Part shown: positions 1-12,100 of the stretch, in pieces
Position numbering within the stretch: position 1 is the stretch's first letter
How the letters are laid out: each line of letters begins with the position of its first letter
Origin: Nitrospirales bacterium
GTDB taxonomy: Bacteria; Nitrospirota; Nitrospiria; Nitrospirales; UBA8639
Reading direction: 5' to 3'
Length of the DNA: 64,000 bases
Assembly (NCBI GenBank): GCA_965203295.1
Contig: CBDBCZ010000012.1
Span: 160,001-224,000, forward strand
Program-made: the position numbers and the translations under genes
The notes under the pieces: generated by a model
What the model saw: only the letters and a program-made list of their open reading frames with translations
Databases searched by the model: none
What the model was told of the DNA's origin: nothing

Positions 1-88
1 TACCTCTGGCTGGGAAGTGATGTCCAGTCCAGGCAAGCTGCAGCACAGTTGCTAAGAAGCTTAATGTCGACCGGTGTTATCTGGTCTG
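1..88 (+). pseudogene. TWNK: Twinkle mitochondrial helicase pseudo-exon (TOPRIM region), 5' part outside window
   Basis: Reads YLWLGSDVQSRQAAAQ / (1-nt deletion) AKKLNVDRCYLV, resembling Twinkle (F)[33 protein letters not shown] donor at 89. Confidence 0.85.
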
Positions 89-573
89 GTGAGTCCATCA
101 GGAGTCATACATGTAGCTCTCTTCATGAGTGCATGTGCTGAGTAGCTACATGCACTTGTTCGTGTGTAGTCATAAACGTATGTACATTCAAGTATGCATA
201 TGCATTAAGTTACTTGAATGACAATATGTGAATGGGTTCATGAAAACCCGGCAGGTTGGTACTCCCTTTTTTAAAATACTTTTACTGTCATGTATCTCAA
301 TGTCTTTGGTCATTACCTTTAATAACGTAATGTATGTCAACCGCAGCTTGTTAGAAATTTACCGCTCAATCTGTTTCCAAGGTATTTGCCTTGGTACCAC
401 CGATGTTTTCGGATGTTGCTGTGTTATGAATGGTCCCGTGTCTCCCTCGTGATGGTGCTTTAAAGAAATGCGGCCATGCTTCACAAATAGGGTCACACAT
501 ATAATGCACATGTATTTTATCTTCAGCAGTTGCTAACCTGAATGGTCCATCTCCTTCCCTGTACCCCTTGCAG

Positions 574-696
574 TTCAACGGAGGATCAAGGGAACATACC
601 CACTGCTCTGCAACTCTGAACAGAGACCTTGACTTAAAAGCTGCTATAACATCAGCTACACCTTTCACACACAAGAAGATCTTAACATTTCAGCAG
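574..696 (+). pseudogene. TWNK: Twinkle pseudo-exon (linker region)
   Basis: Acceptor ccccttgcag at 573. Reads STEDQGNIPTALQ / (1-nt deletion) LNRDLDLKAAITSATPFTHKKILTFQQ, like Twinkle [36 protein letters not shown] donor at 697. Confidence 0.85.
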
Positions 697-1190
697 GTAT
701 GTGTTTCCCTATTGAGGCTACACTGCCTAATCATGTGGCAGAGCTTATCCTCATTTGTAGGTGCTGTACTCCTGTAGTTATTGCTGAACAAAATGAGGCC
801 CACAAATGGAATCTCAGCTAGTTGTTGTTTAATTATCAATCAAATTAGAGTGCACACCTATGGTAGGCGAACAGAGTTGTGGGTGTAAGTGGGGCAGGTG
901 AAAGAAGCGGATGTAGTGATATACTGCTTTGGCGTACATCTTTTTCTCAGAGAGCTTATCATCTCTTGAAGAGTTTGCAATGTGACTACTTAGTTTTCAG
1001 TTCTGTATCTTTGGTGGTTTAAGGCAGACTGATCCAGGCTAAGTTTGGATGTAGCTATTTTATTGTGGTTGAGATGGGGGAGAGGCCTAATGAGAGAGTA
1101 ATTAAGCTGAAAATTGGCAGGGTCCTACTGGCAAGTACTACTAGCGGGTTTAGTGGCTATATAAAGCTTGCCTACTGCTCCTCTGCGGAG

Positions 1191-1266
1191 GGGATCCAGT
1201 AGCTCAGTGGTTAGAGCATCTGACTAGTATTCAGAAGGTCTTGCATTCAATCCCCTGTTGGGTCCC
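1191..1266 (+). pseudogene. Degenerate tRNA-Thr(AGT)-like sequence, probably a SINE head or tRNA pseudogene
   Basis: A-box TAGCTCAGTGGTTAGAGC; anticodon arm TCTGA-CTAGTAT-TCAGA (AGT at 1226-1228); ends GGGATCC/GGGTCCC pair; T-arm/B-box degenerate (GCATTCAATC); TATATAAA at 1158-1165. Confidence 0.75.
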
Positions 1267-1730
1267 GTTGATTTCTTTGCTCTCTTAGAAAGCTTATCGT
1301 CCATTGAAGAGTTTGGAACCAAACAGCTACGAAGATTCTCCTAGGTAGCTAAATAGTAGTGAGGAAGACCAGAAATCAGCCTTATTGTGATGTACGTGAC
1401 TCATGCATAGGCTGATGGATATTAGAGTATCTATACTGTCAAATAATTATGTTCACGGTGTCTATGTTTTTCCAGCAGTGGGCATGGATGTATGTATTAA
1501 CTGTGTCCATGTTTTTAGCAGTGGACATAGAGGGTGCGTTTTCCATAGATCAACAAGCAAATGTATATGCCTTATTTTCAGCATGTGTTCCTCCGATGCT
1601 GCAGTTGTTACCCACTCTACAAAATAGAGCTACTTAATCTGTCTTCTGCATTCACGCACACATGCACACTCACGCACACACATACAATTGCACAATCATG
1701 CATATTCACTTGCACCTTGCATGCATGTAG

Positions 1731-1787
1731 TTGAGAGAGGAGGTATATGGAGAACTAAGCATTGCAAATGAAATTGCTGGAGTAAAG
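1731..1787 (+). pseudogene. TWNK: Twinkle pseudo-exon immediately before the helicase domain
   Basis: Acceptor gcatgtag at 1730. LREEVYGELSIANEIAGVK matches Twinkle LREEVLGELSNVEQAAGLR. The expected GT donor reads TT (aaag|ttacat). Confidence 0.85.
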
Positions 1788-2444
1788 TTACATAACTGCA
1801 TGTGTGGCCCTTGCTTTGTTTCCACACAGTCAGAATTTTTTTTACATGTGTGCAAACTTGTGTATAACTGTTTACTCGTGTATACGAATGTAGATATCCG
1901 TGAATACCTCTTTGTGCATTTGTATGCTTGTGTATACCTGTGTAAACATGTGTATACTTGTGTATACCTGTGTAAACCCTTGTATACTTGTGTATACGTG
2001 TGTAAACTTGTGAATACCTGGTAATGCTAGTTTATACCCGTGTAAGCCTTTGTATACCTGTGTTTACTCATGTGTACAGGTGTAGATACCGTGTATACTT
2101 CTTTATACCTGTGTATACTTGTATATAATGTGTATACATGTGCATACATGTGTATACCCGCGTATACTTGTGTATACCTGTGTTTACTCATGTATGCAAA
2201 TATAGATACCTGTTATACCTGTGTATACTTGTGTATACGTGTGTATACATGTGCATACGTGTGTATACCTGCATGTACTTGTGTATACCTGTGTTTACTC
2301 ATGTATACAAATGTAGATACTCGTGTATACCTGTGTGTACTTGAGAACACCTGTGTATACATTTGCGTACTTGTGTATACCCTCGTATACTTGTGTATTC
2401 CTGTTTACTCGTGCATACAAATGTAGATACTAGTGTATACCTCT

Positions 2445-3094
2445 ATTTATTATATACTGCCAGGTGTACTAACAATATTTTCCTATAGACCGGATAGGTA
2501 ATATTCCCCCGTATTGCCTACCCGTTATTGCCTTTTGCGTGGGCAGAGCGCGTGCGCGTTTAGTCTACAGTAAAAATTTACAGTGAAGTTATAGTTTATT
2601 GAAGCAATGGAAGCTACTCAGCTACAAAAAGCTGGCGAAAGGAATGCTTCTGTCGTAGAGGAGCCGTCTAAGTAAAAAAGAAGTGAAAGGCTAGGTCATA
2701 GTGTCGTTCAGTGACCCCTCCCACTCGTCCCACCAGCCGTTATTTATTGTCGAGTAGCTCTCCAAGATAAATAAAGTTAATCTAGCCTACAGTTGCAAGC
2801 CTATTTCTCTTTCGTAGTTTGTAAGAGCTATTTTGCGCTTTGTTATACGTTGCTGCTGTGTATCCAATCGTCCTTTACGTTACGGTAGGCGTGGCTTTGT
2901 TTGGCAGTGAGTTTGTCAACCTAGCAAAACTGCTTGGAGATAGTATATAATAAATCTATCATTACACTCGGGAGAGGATGATATGGCTAGGCATTGCACT
3001 CTTGTGTAGTATTTTCCCTCGCCTTCAGCTCGAAGAAAATACCTACACACTCGTGCAAAACCTATCCATAGTACCCTCTCACTCATGTAATAAT
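2445..3094. mobile_element. Non-autonomous element: IR-bounded segment plus ~135-bp terminal hairpin
   Basis: 14-bp inverted repeat ATTTATTATATACT (2445-2458) / AGTATATAATAAAT (2942-2955), then an imperfect hairpin 2961-3091; interrupts the satellite at a TA-rich site. Confidence 0.75.
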
Positions 3095-3643
3095 ATATAT
3101 ATCTGTGCATAGTTGTGTGTATCTGTAATACATGTACATACGTGTGTATACTCACGTATACTTGTGTATACATGTGTTTACTCGTGTATACAAATGTAGT
3201 TAACCGTGTATACTTGTTTACACTTATGTATACCACATGTATATATGTGCATACATGTGTATACCTACGCATACGTATGTATACAAATGTAGATACACAT
3301 ATATACCTCTTTATACCTGTGTATACCTGTGTATACCTTTGTATACATGTGCATACGTATGTATAACCATTTATCCTTGTGTATACCTGTGTTTACTCGT
3401 GTATACAAGTGTAGATACCCGTTTATACCTCTTTACACCAGTGTATAGTTGTGTATACCTGTGTATACATCTGCATACATGTGTATACTCACGTAGACTT
3501 GTTTATACCTGTGTTTACTTGTGAATGCAAGAGTATATACCCGTGTATACCTTTTTATACTAGAGTATACTTATGTGTGTCTGTGCATACAGTGCATACG
3601 TCTGTATACCCGCGTACACTTGTGTATACCTGTGTTTACTCGT

Positions 3644-4801
3644 TGTAGCGGACTGAGCTCTACTTTTCGACACCAAAACCAGATACTGATGGAGGACTAA
3701 AGACAAACACTGTACAATAACCAACACTTAAATACTGAAGAGCCTAGCAATGGAAATCACACCTACTACAACAGAGACAAACAAAATACCTAACACTAGC
3801 CCCTATTAACAGTACTTCACACTAACTACACATCAATAGAACACACATAGTGACACAGTTAACAGTCCGTTACACCTCTCACTCCTTCTCCGGCAGCAAA
3901 CTAGTTTGCTGAAACAGGTGCAGCCTCTTCTGAACTCTTTGATGGCACTTCTGCTCCTTTGCTTCCTCGTGGGCTCTATTCGATCTCTCTTCCTTGTGCA
4001 GCTCTCTGTAGACTCTTCCGAGTTCTCGTAGCACTCTCTAATCTGCGATACTCTCCAGTTCTCCGCTTCTTCACGTAGCGACCCCAGCCCGGTAACACAT
4101 ACACACGGTACGGGTACTTGTGCACACACTCTCAGCGGTACACTACACGGCTTTCCGCAACGGCTTCTCTCGATGTAACGCACGGCCCCAAATGCTTGGC
4201 AACACATGCCCTCTGCACTCTCCTTCCGGCAACTCCACGTATAGGCGTCCACACATAGGCGGTCCTCCTGACCCCTCTGACACCTGCTTTCGCCCCTCAG
4301 CGATCCTATCTCTCTCTCAGGCACTCCTTGCCCTCTTGCGGCCCTCGCTCCTAGCGACCTTTGCACTCTTGGCAGCTTACACTCTCTAAATATTTTACAC
4401 TGGCCTCTCTCTGGGTAGCCGTTGCTCGCTCATCACCTGCGGTATGCTTGCCGGCCGTCGCTCACTCTTTAAAACAACCTGCTCGCTCCTCGTACTGAAC
4501 TCTTCTGCTGCATTCGCGTATGGGCCCTGCCGCCGACTGGCGAGCAGTGAATCCCACCGCTGCCGCCAACTGTAGCGGACCGAGCTCTACTTTTCGACAC
4601 CAAATCCAGATACTGATGGAGGACTAAAGACGAACACTGTACAATAACCAACACTTAAATACTGAATAGCCTAGCGATGGAAATCACACCTACTACAACA
4701 GAGACAAACAAAATACCTAACACTAGCACCTATTAACAGTACTTCACACTAACTACACATCAAAAGAACACACATAGTGACGCAGTTAACAGTCCGTTAC
4801 A
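3644..4801 (-). mobile_element. Miniature non-autonomous LTR retrotransposon (TRIM-like)
   Basis: 231-bp LTRs 3644-3874 and 4571-4801 with TG..CA ends; 5-bp TSD CTCGT (3639-3643, 4802-4806); minus-strand PBS TGGCGGCAGCGGTGGGATT (tRNA-Leu-like) and PPT GGAGAAGGAGTGAGAGG; no recognisable gag/pol in the 696-bp interior. Confidence 0.93.
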
Positions 4802-5539
4802 CTCGTGTATGCAAATGTAGATATCCTTGAATACTTTGTGAATTTCTATGCTTGGTATACCTGTGGATATGTGTGTGTACTTGTGTATACTTGTGTAAAC
4901 CCGTGTATACTTGTGTACACTTGTGTATACTGTTACATACCTGCGTATACATGTGTATACACGTGTAAAGTCATGTATACTTGTGTATACCTGTGTATAC
5001 CCGTGTAAACTTGTGTGCACCTGGTAATACTAGTTTATACTCGTGTATCCATTTGTATACCTGTGTGTAATCATTCAAACACATGTATACTGTGTATACT
5101 TATGTATATTTGTGTATATATACCTGTGTAAACTTGTGAAAACCTGGTAATACTAGTTTATATCAGTGTAAGCCTTTGTATACCTGTGTTTACTCATGTG
5201 TACAGGTGTAGATACCTGTGTATACTTCTTTATACCTGTGTATACTTGTGTATAACTTTTTATACATGTGCACACGTGTGTATACCCACGTATACGTGTG
5301 TATACCGGTGTTCATTTGTGTATACAAATGTAGATACCCATGTATACCTCCTCATACCTATGCATACTTGTGGATACCTGTGTATACATGTGCATAGGTG
5401 TGTATACCCACGCATACTTGTGTATACAAATGTTGATACCCATATATATTGCTTTATACCTGTGTATACTTTTGTATTATGTGCATATGTGTGTATACCC
5501 GCGTATACGTATGTATACAAATGTAGATACACGTATATA

Positions 5540-6142
5540 CCGTAGATCGGGAAATTTTCGTCGTTAAAAATATTTCGTCGGTGAGCTCTAAGTCGAAAAT
5601 TTAACACGTGAAATATTTTCAACGTCGAATACTAAGATCGTTGAATAATTTTCACACTTCCACGTGAAGAGAAAGTAGCCAGAAGTGGAGAAATGATGGC
5701 TCTGCTGCGGTATTTGAAACCAATCGGTTGTGTTCCAGATCCTAGAAAGTCGCTGTCTCGCTTCTCAAGCAATCGCGGAAGCGAACAAACAAGTGGAGCA
5801 AGTATTGACTGAAGGCTCTAGGCGTAGTTCGCGCAGCATAGGCGTCGGTTGCATTCCCACGCTCCCGCTGACACGCTAGGTCCTCTCCAATGGCCGCTTC
5901 CCAAAGTTCTCGGTAGATATGGTATCCCCTAACACACGACTCCTTTCGAAAGCTCTCCATTTTCTTTTCGCACGTGTGTGATCCGTGTACGTATATGGAT
6001 TACGTTCTGCATACGCTACTCGCAACTCGTGTAGAAAAAATCGTACCGTTTAAATTTCGTCTGTTACTGAACCGACGAAAAATAATTACGCGAAAATTTA
6101 ACAGATGAAAGTTTCTACTGCTGAAAATTTCCCGATCTACGG
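5540..6142. mobile_element. Tc1/mariner (pogo-like) internal-deletion derivative carrying a HIRAN-like fragment; left arm only
   Basis: 20-bp TIR CCGTAGATCGGGAAATTTTC / GAAAATTTCCCGATCTACGG with TA TSD. Plus-strand MALLRYLKP..PDPR..SQAIAEANKQVEQ (5696-5804); minus-strand MESFRKESCVRGYHIYRELWEAAIGEDLACQRERGNATDAYA (5960-5835). Confidence 0.88.
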
Positions 6143-9100
6143 TACCTCTTTATACCTGTGTATACCTTTGTATGCATGTGCATACGTATGTATACCCACG
6201 TATAATTTTGTATACCAGTGTTTACTCGTGTATACGAATGTAGATATCCGTGAATACCTCTGTGCATTTGTATGCTTGTGTATACTTGTGTAAACATGTG
6301 TACTTGTGTATACTTCTGTAAACCCTTGTATACTTGTGTATACCCGTGTAAACTTGTGAATACCTGGTAATACTAGTTTATACCAGTGTAAGCCTTTGTA
6401 TACCTGTGTTTACTCATGTGTACAGGTGTAGATACCTGTATATGCTTCTTTATACTTTTGTATACTTGTGTATAACTTTGTATACATGTGCACACGTGTG
6501 TATACCCACATATACGTGTGTATACCGGTGTTCATTTGTGTATACAAATGTAGATACCCGTGTATACCTCGTCATACCTATGCATACTTGTGTATGCCTG
6601 TGTATACATGTGCATAGGTGTGTATACCCGTGTATACTTGTGTATACAAATGTTGATACCCATATATACCACTTTATACCTGTGTATACTTGTGTATACG
6701 TGTGTATACATGTGCATACATATGTATACCCACGTATACTCGTGTATACCTGTGTTTACTCATGTATACGAATGTAGATATCCATGAATTACTCTTTGTC
6801 CATTTGTATGCTTGTGTATACCTGTGTAAACATGCGTGTACTTGTGTATACTTCTGTAAACTCGTGTATACTTGAGTATACCCATGTGAACTTGTGAATA
6901 CTAGTTTATACGCGTGTAAGCCTTGGTTTACCTGGGTTTACTCATGTGTACAGGTGTAGATACCTGTGTATACTTCTTTTTACCTGTGTATACTTGTAAA
7001 TATGTGTATACATGTGCATACGTGTGTATACCCGCGTATACTTGTGTATACCTGTGTTTACTCGTGTATGCAAATATAGATACCTGTTATACCTCTTTAT
7101 GCTTGTGTATACTTGTGTATACGTGTGTATACATGTGCATACGTGTGTATACGCGCATGTACTTGTGTATACCTGTGTTTACTCGTGTATACGAATGTAG
7201 ATATCCGTGAATACCTGTTTGTGCGTTTGTATGCTTGTGTATACCTGTGTAAACATGCGTGTACTTGTGTATACTTGTGTATACCCGTGTAAACTTGTGA
7301 ATACCTGGTAATACTAGTTTATACCAGTGTAAGCCTTTGTATACCTGTGTTTACTCATGTGTACAGGTGTAGATACCTGTATATACTTCTTTATACTTTT
7401 GTATACTTGTGTATAACTTTGTATACATGTGCACACGTGTGTATACCCACATATACGTGTGTATACCGGTGTTCATTTGTGTATACAAATGTAGATACCC
7501 GTGTATACCTCGTCATACCTATGCATACTTGTGTATGCCTGTGTATACATGTGCATAGGTGTGTATACCCGTGTATACTTGTGTATACAAATGTTGATAC
7601 CCATATATACCGCTTTATACCTGTGTATACTTGTATGTACGTGTGTATACATGTGCATACATATGTCTACCCACGTATACTCGTGTATACCTGTTTACTC
7701 ATGTATACGAATGTAGATATCCATGAATTACTCTTTGTCCATTTGTATGCTTGTGTATACCTGTGTAAACATGCGTGTACTTGTGTATACTTCTGTAAAC
7801 TCGTGTATACTTGTGTATACCCATGTGAACTTGTGAATACTAGTTTATACGCGTGTAAGCCTTTGTTTACCTGGGTTTACTCATGTGTACAGGTGTAGAT
7901 ACCTGTGTATACTTCTTTTTACCTGTGTATACTTGTATATATGTGTATACATGTGCATACGTGTGTATACCCGCGTATACTTGTGTATACCTGTGTTTAC
8001 TCGTGTATGCAAATATAGATACCTGTTATACCTCTTTATGCTTGTGTATACTTGTGTATACGTGTGTATACATGTGCATACATATGTATACCCACGTATA
8101 CTCGTGTATACCTGTGTTTACTCATGTATACGAATGTAGATATCCATGAATAGCTCTTTGTCCATTTGTATGCTTGTGTATACCTGTGTAAACATGCGTG
8201 TACTTGTGTATACTTCTGTAAACTCGTGTATACTTGTGTATACCCATGTAAACTTGTGAATACTAGTTTATACCCGTGTAAGCCTTTGTATACCCATGTG
8301 TACAGGTGTAGATACCTGTGTATACTTCTTTTTACCTGTGTATAGTTGTATATATATGTGTATACATGTGCATACGTGTGTATACCCGCGTATACTTGTG
8401 TATACCTGTGTTTACTCGTGTATACAAATATGGATACCTGTTATACCTCTTTATGCTTGTGTATACTTGTGTATACGTGTGTATACATGTGCATATGTGT
8501 GTATACGCGCGTGTACTTGTGTATACCTGTGTTTACTCGTGTATACGAATGTAGATATCCGTGAACACCTGTTTGGGCATTTGTATGCTTGTGTATACCT
8601 GTGTAAACATGCGTGTACTTGTGTATACTTCTGTAAACTTGTGTATACTTTTGTATACCCGTGTAAACTTGTGAATACCTGGTAATACTAGTTTATACCC
8701 ATGTAAACCTTTTTATACCAGGGTTTACTCTTGTGTACAGGTGTAAATATGTGTGTATACTTTTTACCTATGTATACTTGTATATATATTTGAATACATG
8801 TGTGAACGTGTGTATACCCGCGTATACTTGTGTATACCTGTGTTTACTCGTGTATACAAATATAACTATTATACCTCTTAATGCTTGTGTATACGTGTGT
8901 ATACATGTGCATACGTGTGTATACGCGCGTGTACTTGTGTGTACCTGTGTTTACTCGTGTATACGAATGTAGATATCCGTGAATACCTGTTTGTGCATTT
9001 GTGTGCTTGTGTATACCTGTGTAAACATGTGTACTTGTGTATACTTCTGTAAACCCGTGTATACTTGTGTATACCCGTGTAAACTTGTGAATACCTGGTA

Positions 9101-12100
9101 ATACTAGTTCATACCGTGTAAGCCTTTGTATACCTGTGTTTACTCGTGTATGCAAATATAGTTACCTTTTATACCTCTTAATCCCTTTGTATACTTGTGT
9201 AAACGTGTGTATACATGCGCATATGTGTGTATACCCACGTGTACTTGTGTATACCCGTGTTTACTCGGGTATACAAATGTAGTTACGAGTGTATACCTGT
9301 GTGTACTTAAGAATACCTGTGTATACATTTGCGTACTTGTGTATATCTTCAGATACTTGTGTATTCCTGTTTACTCGTGCATACAAATGTAGATACTACT
9401 GTATACCTGTATATCTGTGCATACTTGTGTATATCATTATATACATGTGCATACGTGTTTATACCCGTGAATACTTGTGTATACAAATGTAGTTGACCAT
9501 GTATGCTCGTGCATACAAGTGTAGATACAATTGTATACCTGTATATATCTGTGCATACTTGTCTATATCTGTATATTCATTTGCATACGTGTATATACCT
9601 GCGTATGCTTGTGTATACATGTGTTTACTCGTGTTTGCAAATGTAGTAACCGTGTATACTTGTTTACACTTATATATACTACGTGTATATGTGTGAATAC
9701 GTGTGTATACCTGCGTATACATATGTATACAAAGGTAGATAATAGATATACCTCTTTATACCTGTGTATAACTTTGTATACATGTGCATACGTATTAATA
9801 ACCATGTATCCTTGTGTATACTTGTGTTTACTCATGTATACAAATGTAGATAGCTGTTTATACCTCTTTAAAACAGTCTATACTTGTGTATACCTGTGTA
9901 TACATCTGCATACATGTGTATACCCATGTGGACTTGTTTATATCTGTGTTTACATGTGAATGCAAGAGTATATACCCGTGTATACCTCTTTATACTAGAG
10001 TATTCTTATGTGTATCTGTGTATACAGTGCATACGTGTGTATACGCGCGCGTACTTGTGTATACCTGTGTTTACTAGTGTATGCAAATATTGATGTCCTT
10101 GAATACCTTTTTGTGAATTTCTATGCTTGGTATAACTGTTTAGACAGGTGTGTACTTGTATACTTCTGTAAACCCGTGTATACTTGTGCATACCCGTGTA
10201 AACTTGTGAATGCCAGGTAGTACTAGTTTATACCAGTGTAAGCCTGTGTTTACTCGTGTATGCAAATGTAGATATCCTTGAATACCTTTTTGTGAATTTC
10301 TATGCTTGGTATACCTGTGGATATGTGTGTGAACCTGTGTATACTTGTGTAAACCCGTGTATACTTGTGTACACTTGTGTATACTGTTATATACCTGTGT
10401 ATACATGTGTATACACGTGTAAAGTCATGTATACTTGTGTATACCTGTGTATACCCGTGTAAACTTGTGTGCACCTGGTAATACTAGTTTATACCCGTGT
10501 ATCCATTTGTATACCTGTGTGTAATCATTCAAACACATGTATACTGTGTATACTTATGTATATTTGTGTATATATACCTGTGTAAACTTGTGAAAACCTG
10601 GTAATACTAGTTTATATCAGTGTAAGCCTTTGTATACCTGTGTTTACTCATATGTACAGGTGTAGATACCGGTGTATACTTCTTTATACCTGTGTATACT
10701 TGTGTATAACTTTTTATACATGTGCACACGTGTGTATACCCACATATACGTGTGTATACCGGTGTTCATTTGTGTATACAAATGTAGATACCCGTGTATA
10801 CCTCGTCATACCTATGCATACTTGTGTATGCCTGTGTATACATGTGCATAGGTTGTATACCCGCGTATACTTGTGTATACAAATGTTGATACCCATATAT
10901 ACCACTTTATACCTGTGTATACTTGTGTATACGTGTGTATACATGTGCATACATATGTATACCCACGTATACTCGTGTATACCTGTGTTTACTCATGTAT
11001 ACGAATGTAGATATCCATGAATAGCTCTTTGTCCATTTGTATGCTTGTGTATACCTGTGTAAACATGCGTGTACTTGTGTATACTTCTGTAAACTCGTGT
11101 ATACTTCTGTATACCCATGTAAACTTGTGAATACTAGTTTATACCCGTGTAAGCCTTTGTATACCCATGTGTACAGGTGTAGATACCTGTGTATACTTCT
11201 TTTTACCTGTGTATAGTAATATATATATGTGTATACATGTGCATACGTGTGTATACCCGCGTATACTTGTGTATACCTGTGTTTACTCGTGTATGCAAAT
11301 ATGGATACCTGTTATACCTCTTTATGCTTGTGTATACTTGTGTATACGTGTGTATACATGTGCATATGTGTGTATACGCGCGTGTACTTGTGTATACCTG
11401 TGTTTACTCGTGTATACGAATGTAGATATCCGTGAACACCTGTTTGGGCATTTGTATGCTTGTGTATACCTGTGTAAACATGCGTGTACTTGTGTATACT
11501 TCTGTAAACTTGTGTATACTTTTGTATACCCGTGTAAACTTGTGAATACATGGTAATACTAGTTTATACCCATGTAAACCTTTTTATACCAGGGTTTACT
11601 CTTGTGTACACGTGTAAATATGTGTGTATACTTTTTACCTATGTATACTTGTATATATATTTGAATACATGTGTATACGTGCGTATACTCGCGTATACTT
11701 GTGTATACCTGTGTTTACTCGTGTATACAAATATAGATAACTATTATACCTCTTAATGCTTGTGTATACGTGTGCATACATGTGCATACGTGTGTATACG
11801 CGCGTGTACTTGTGTGTACCTGTGTTTACTCGTGTATACGAATGTAGATATCCGTGAATACCTGTTTGTGCATTTGTATGCTTGTGTATACCTGTGTAAA
11901 CTTGTGTACTTGTGTGTACTTCTGTAAACCCGTGTATACTTGTGTATACCCGTGTAAAGTTGTGAATACCTGGTAATACTAGTTCATACCGTGTAAGCCT
12001 TTGTATACCTGTGTTTACTCGTGTATGCAAATATAGTTACCTTTTATACCTCTTAATACCTTTGTATACTTGTGTAAACGTGTGTATACATGCGCATATA

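Noticed and set aside
1191..1266. Functional tRNA-Thr gene
   Set aside because: The T-stem does not pair and the B-box lacks the GTTCGA consensus.
3833..4366. 177-aa ORF as gag or accessory protein of the LTR element
   Set aside because: No recognisable motif, it runs into the LTR, and it is broken in the mirror copy (45488..45838 and 45847..46044).
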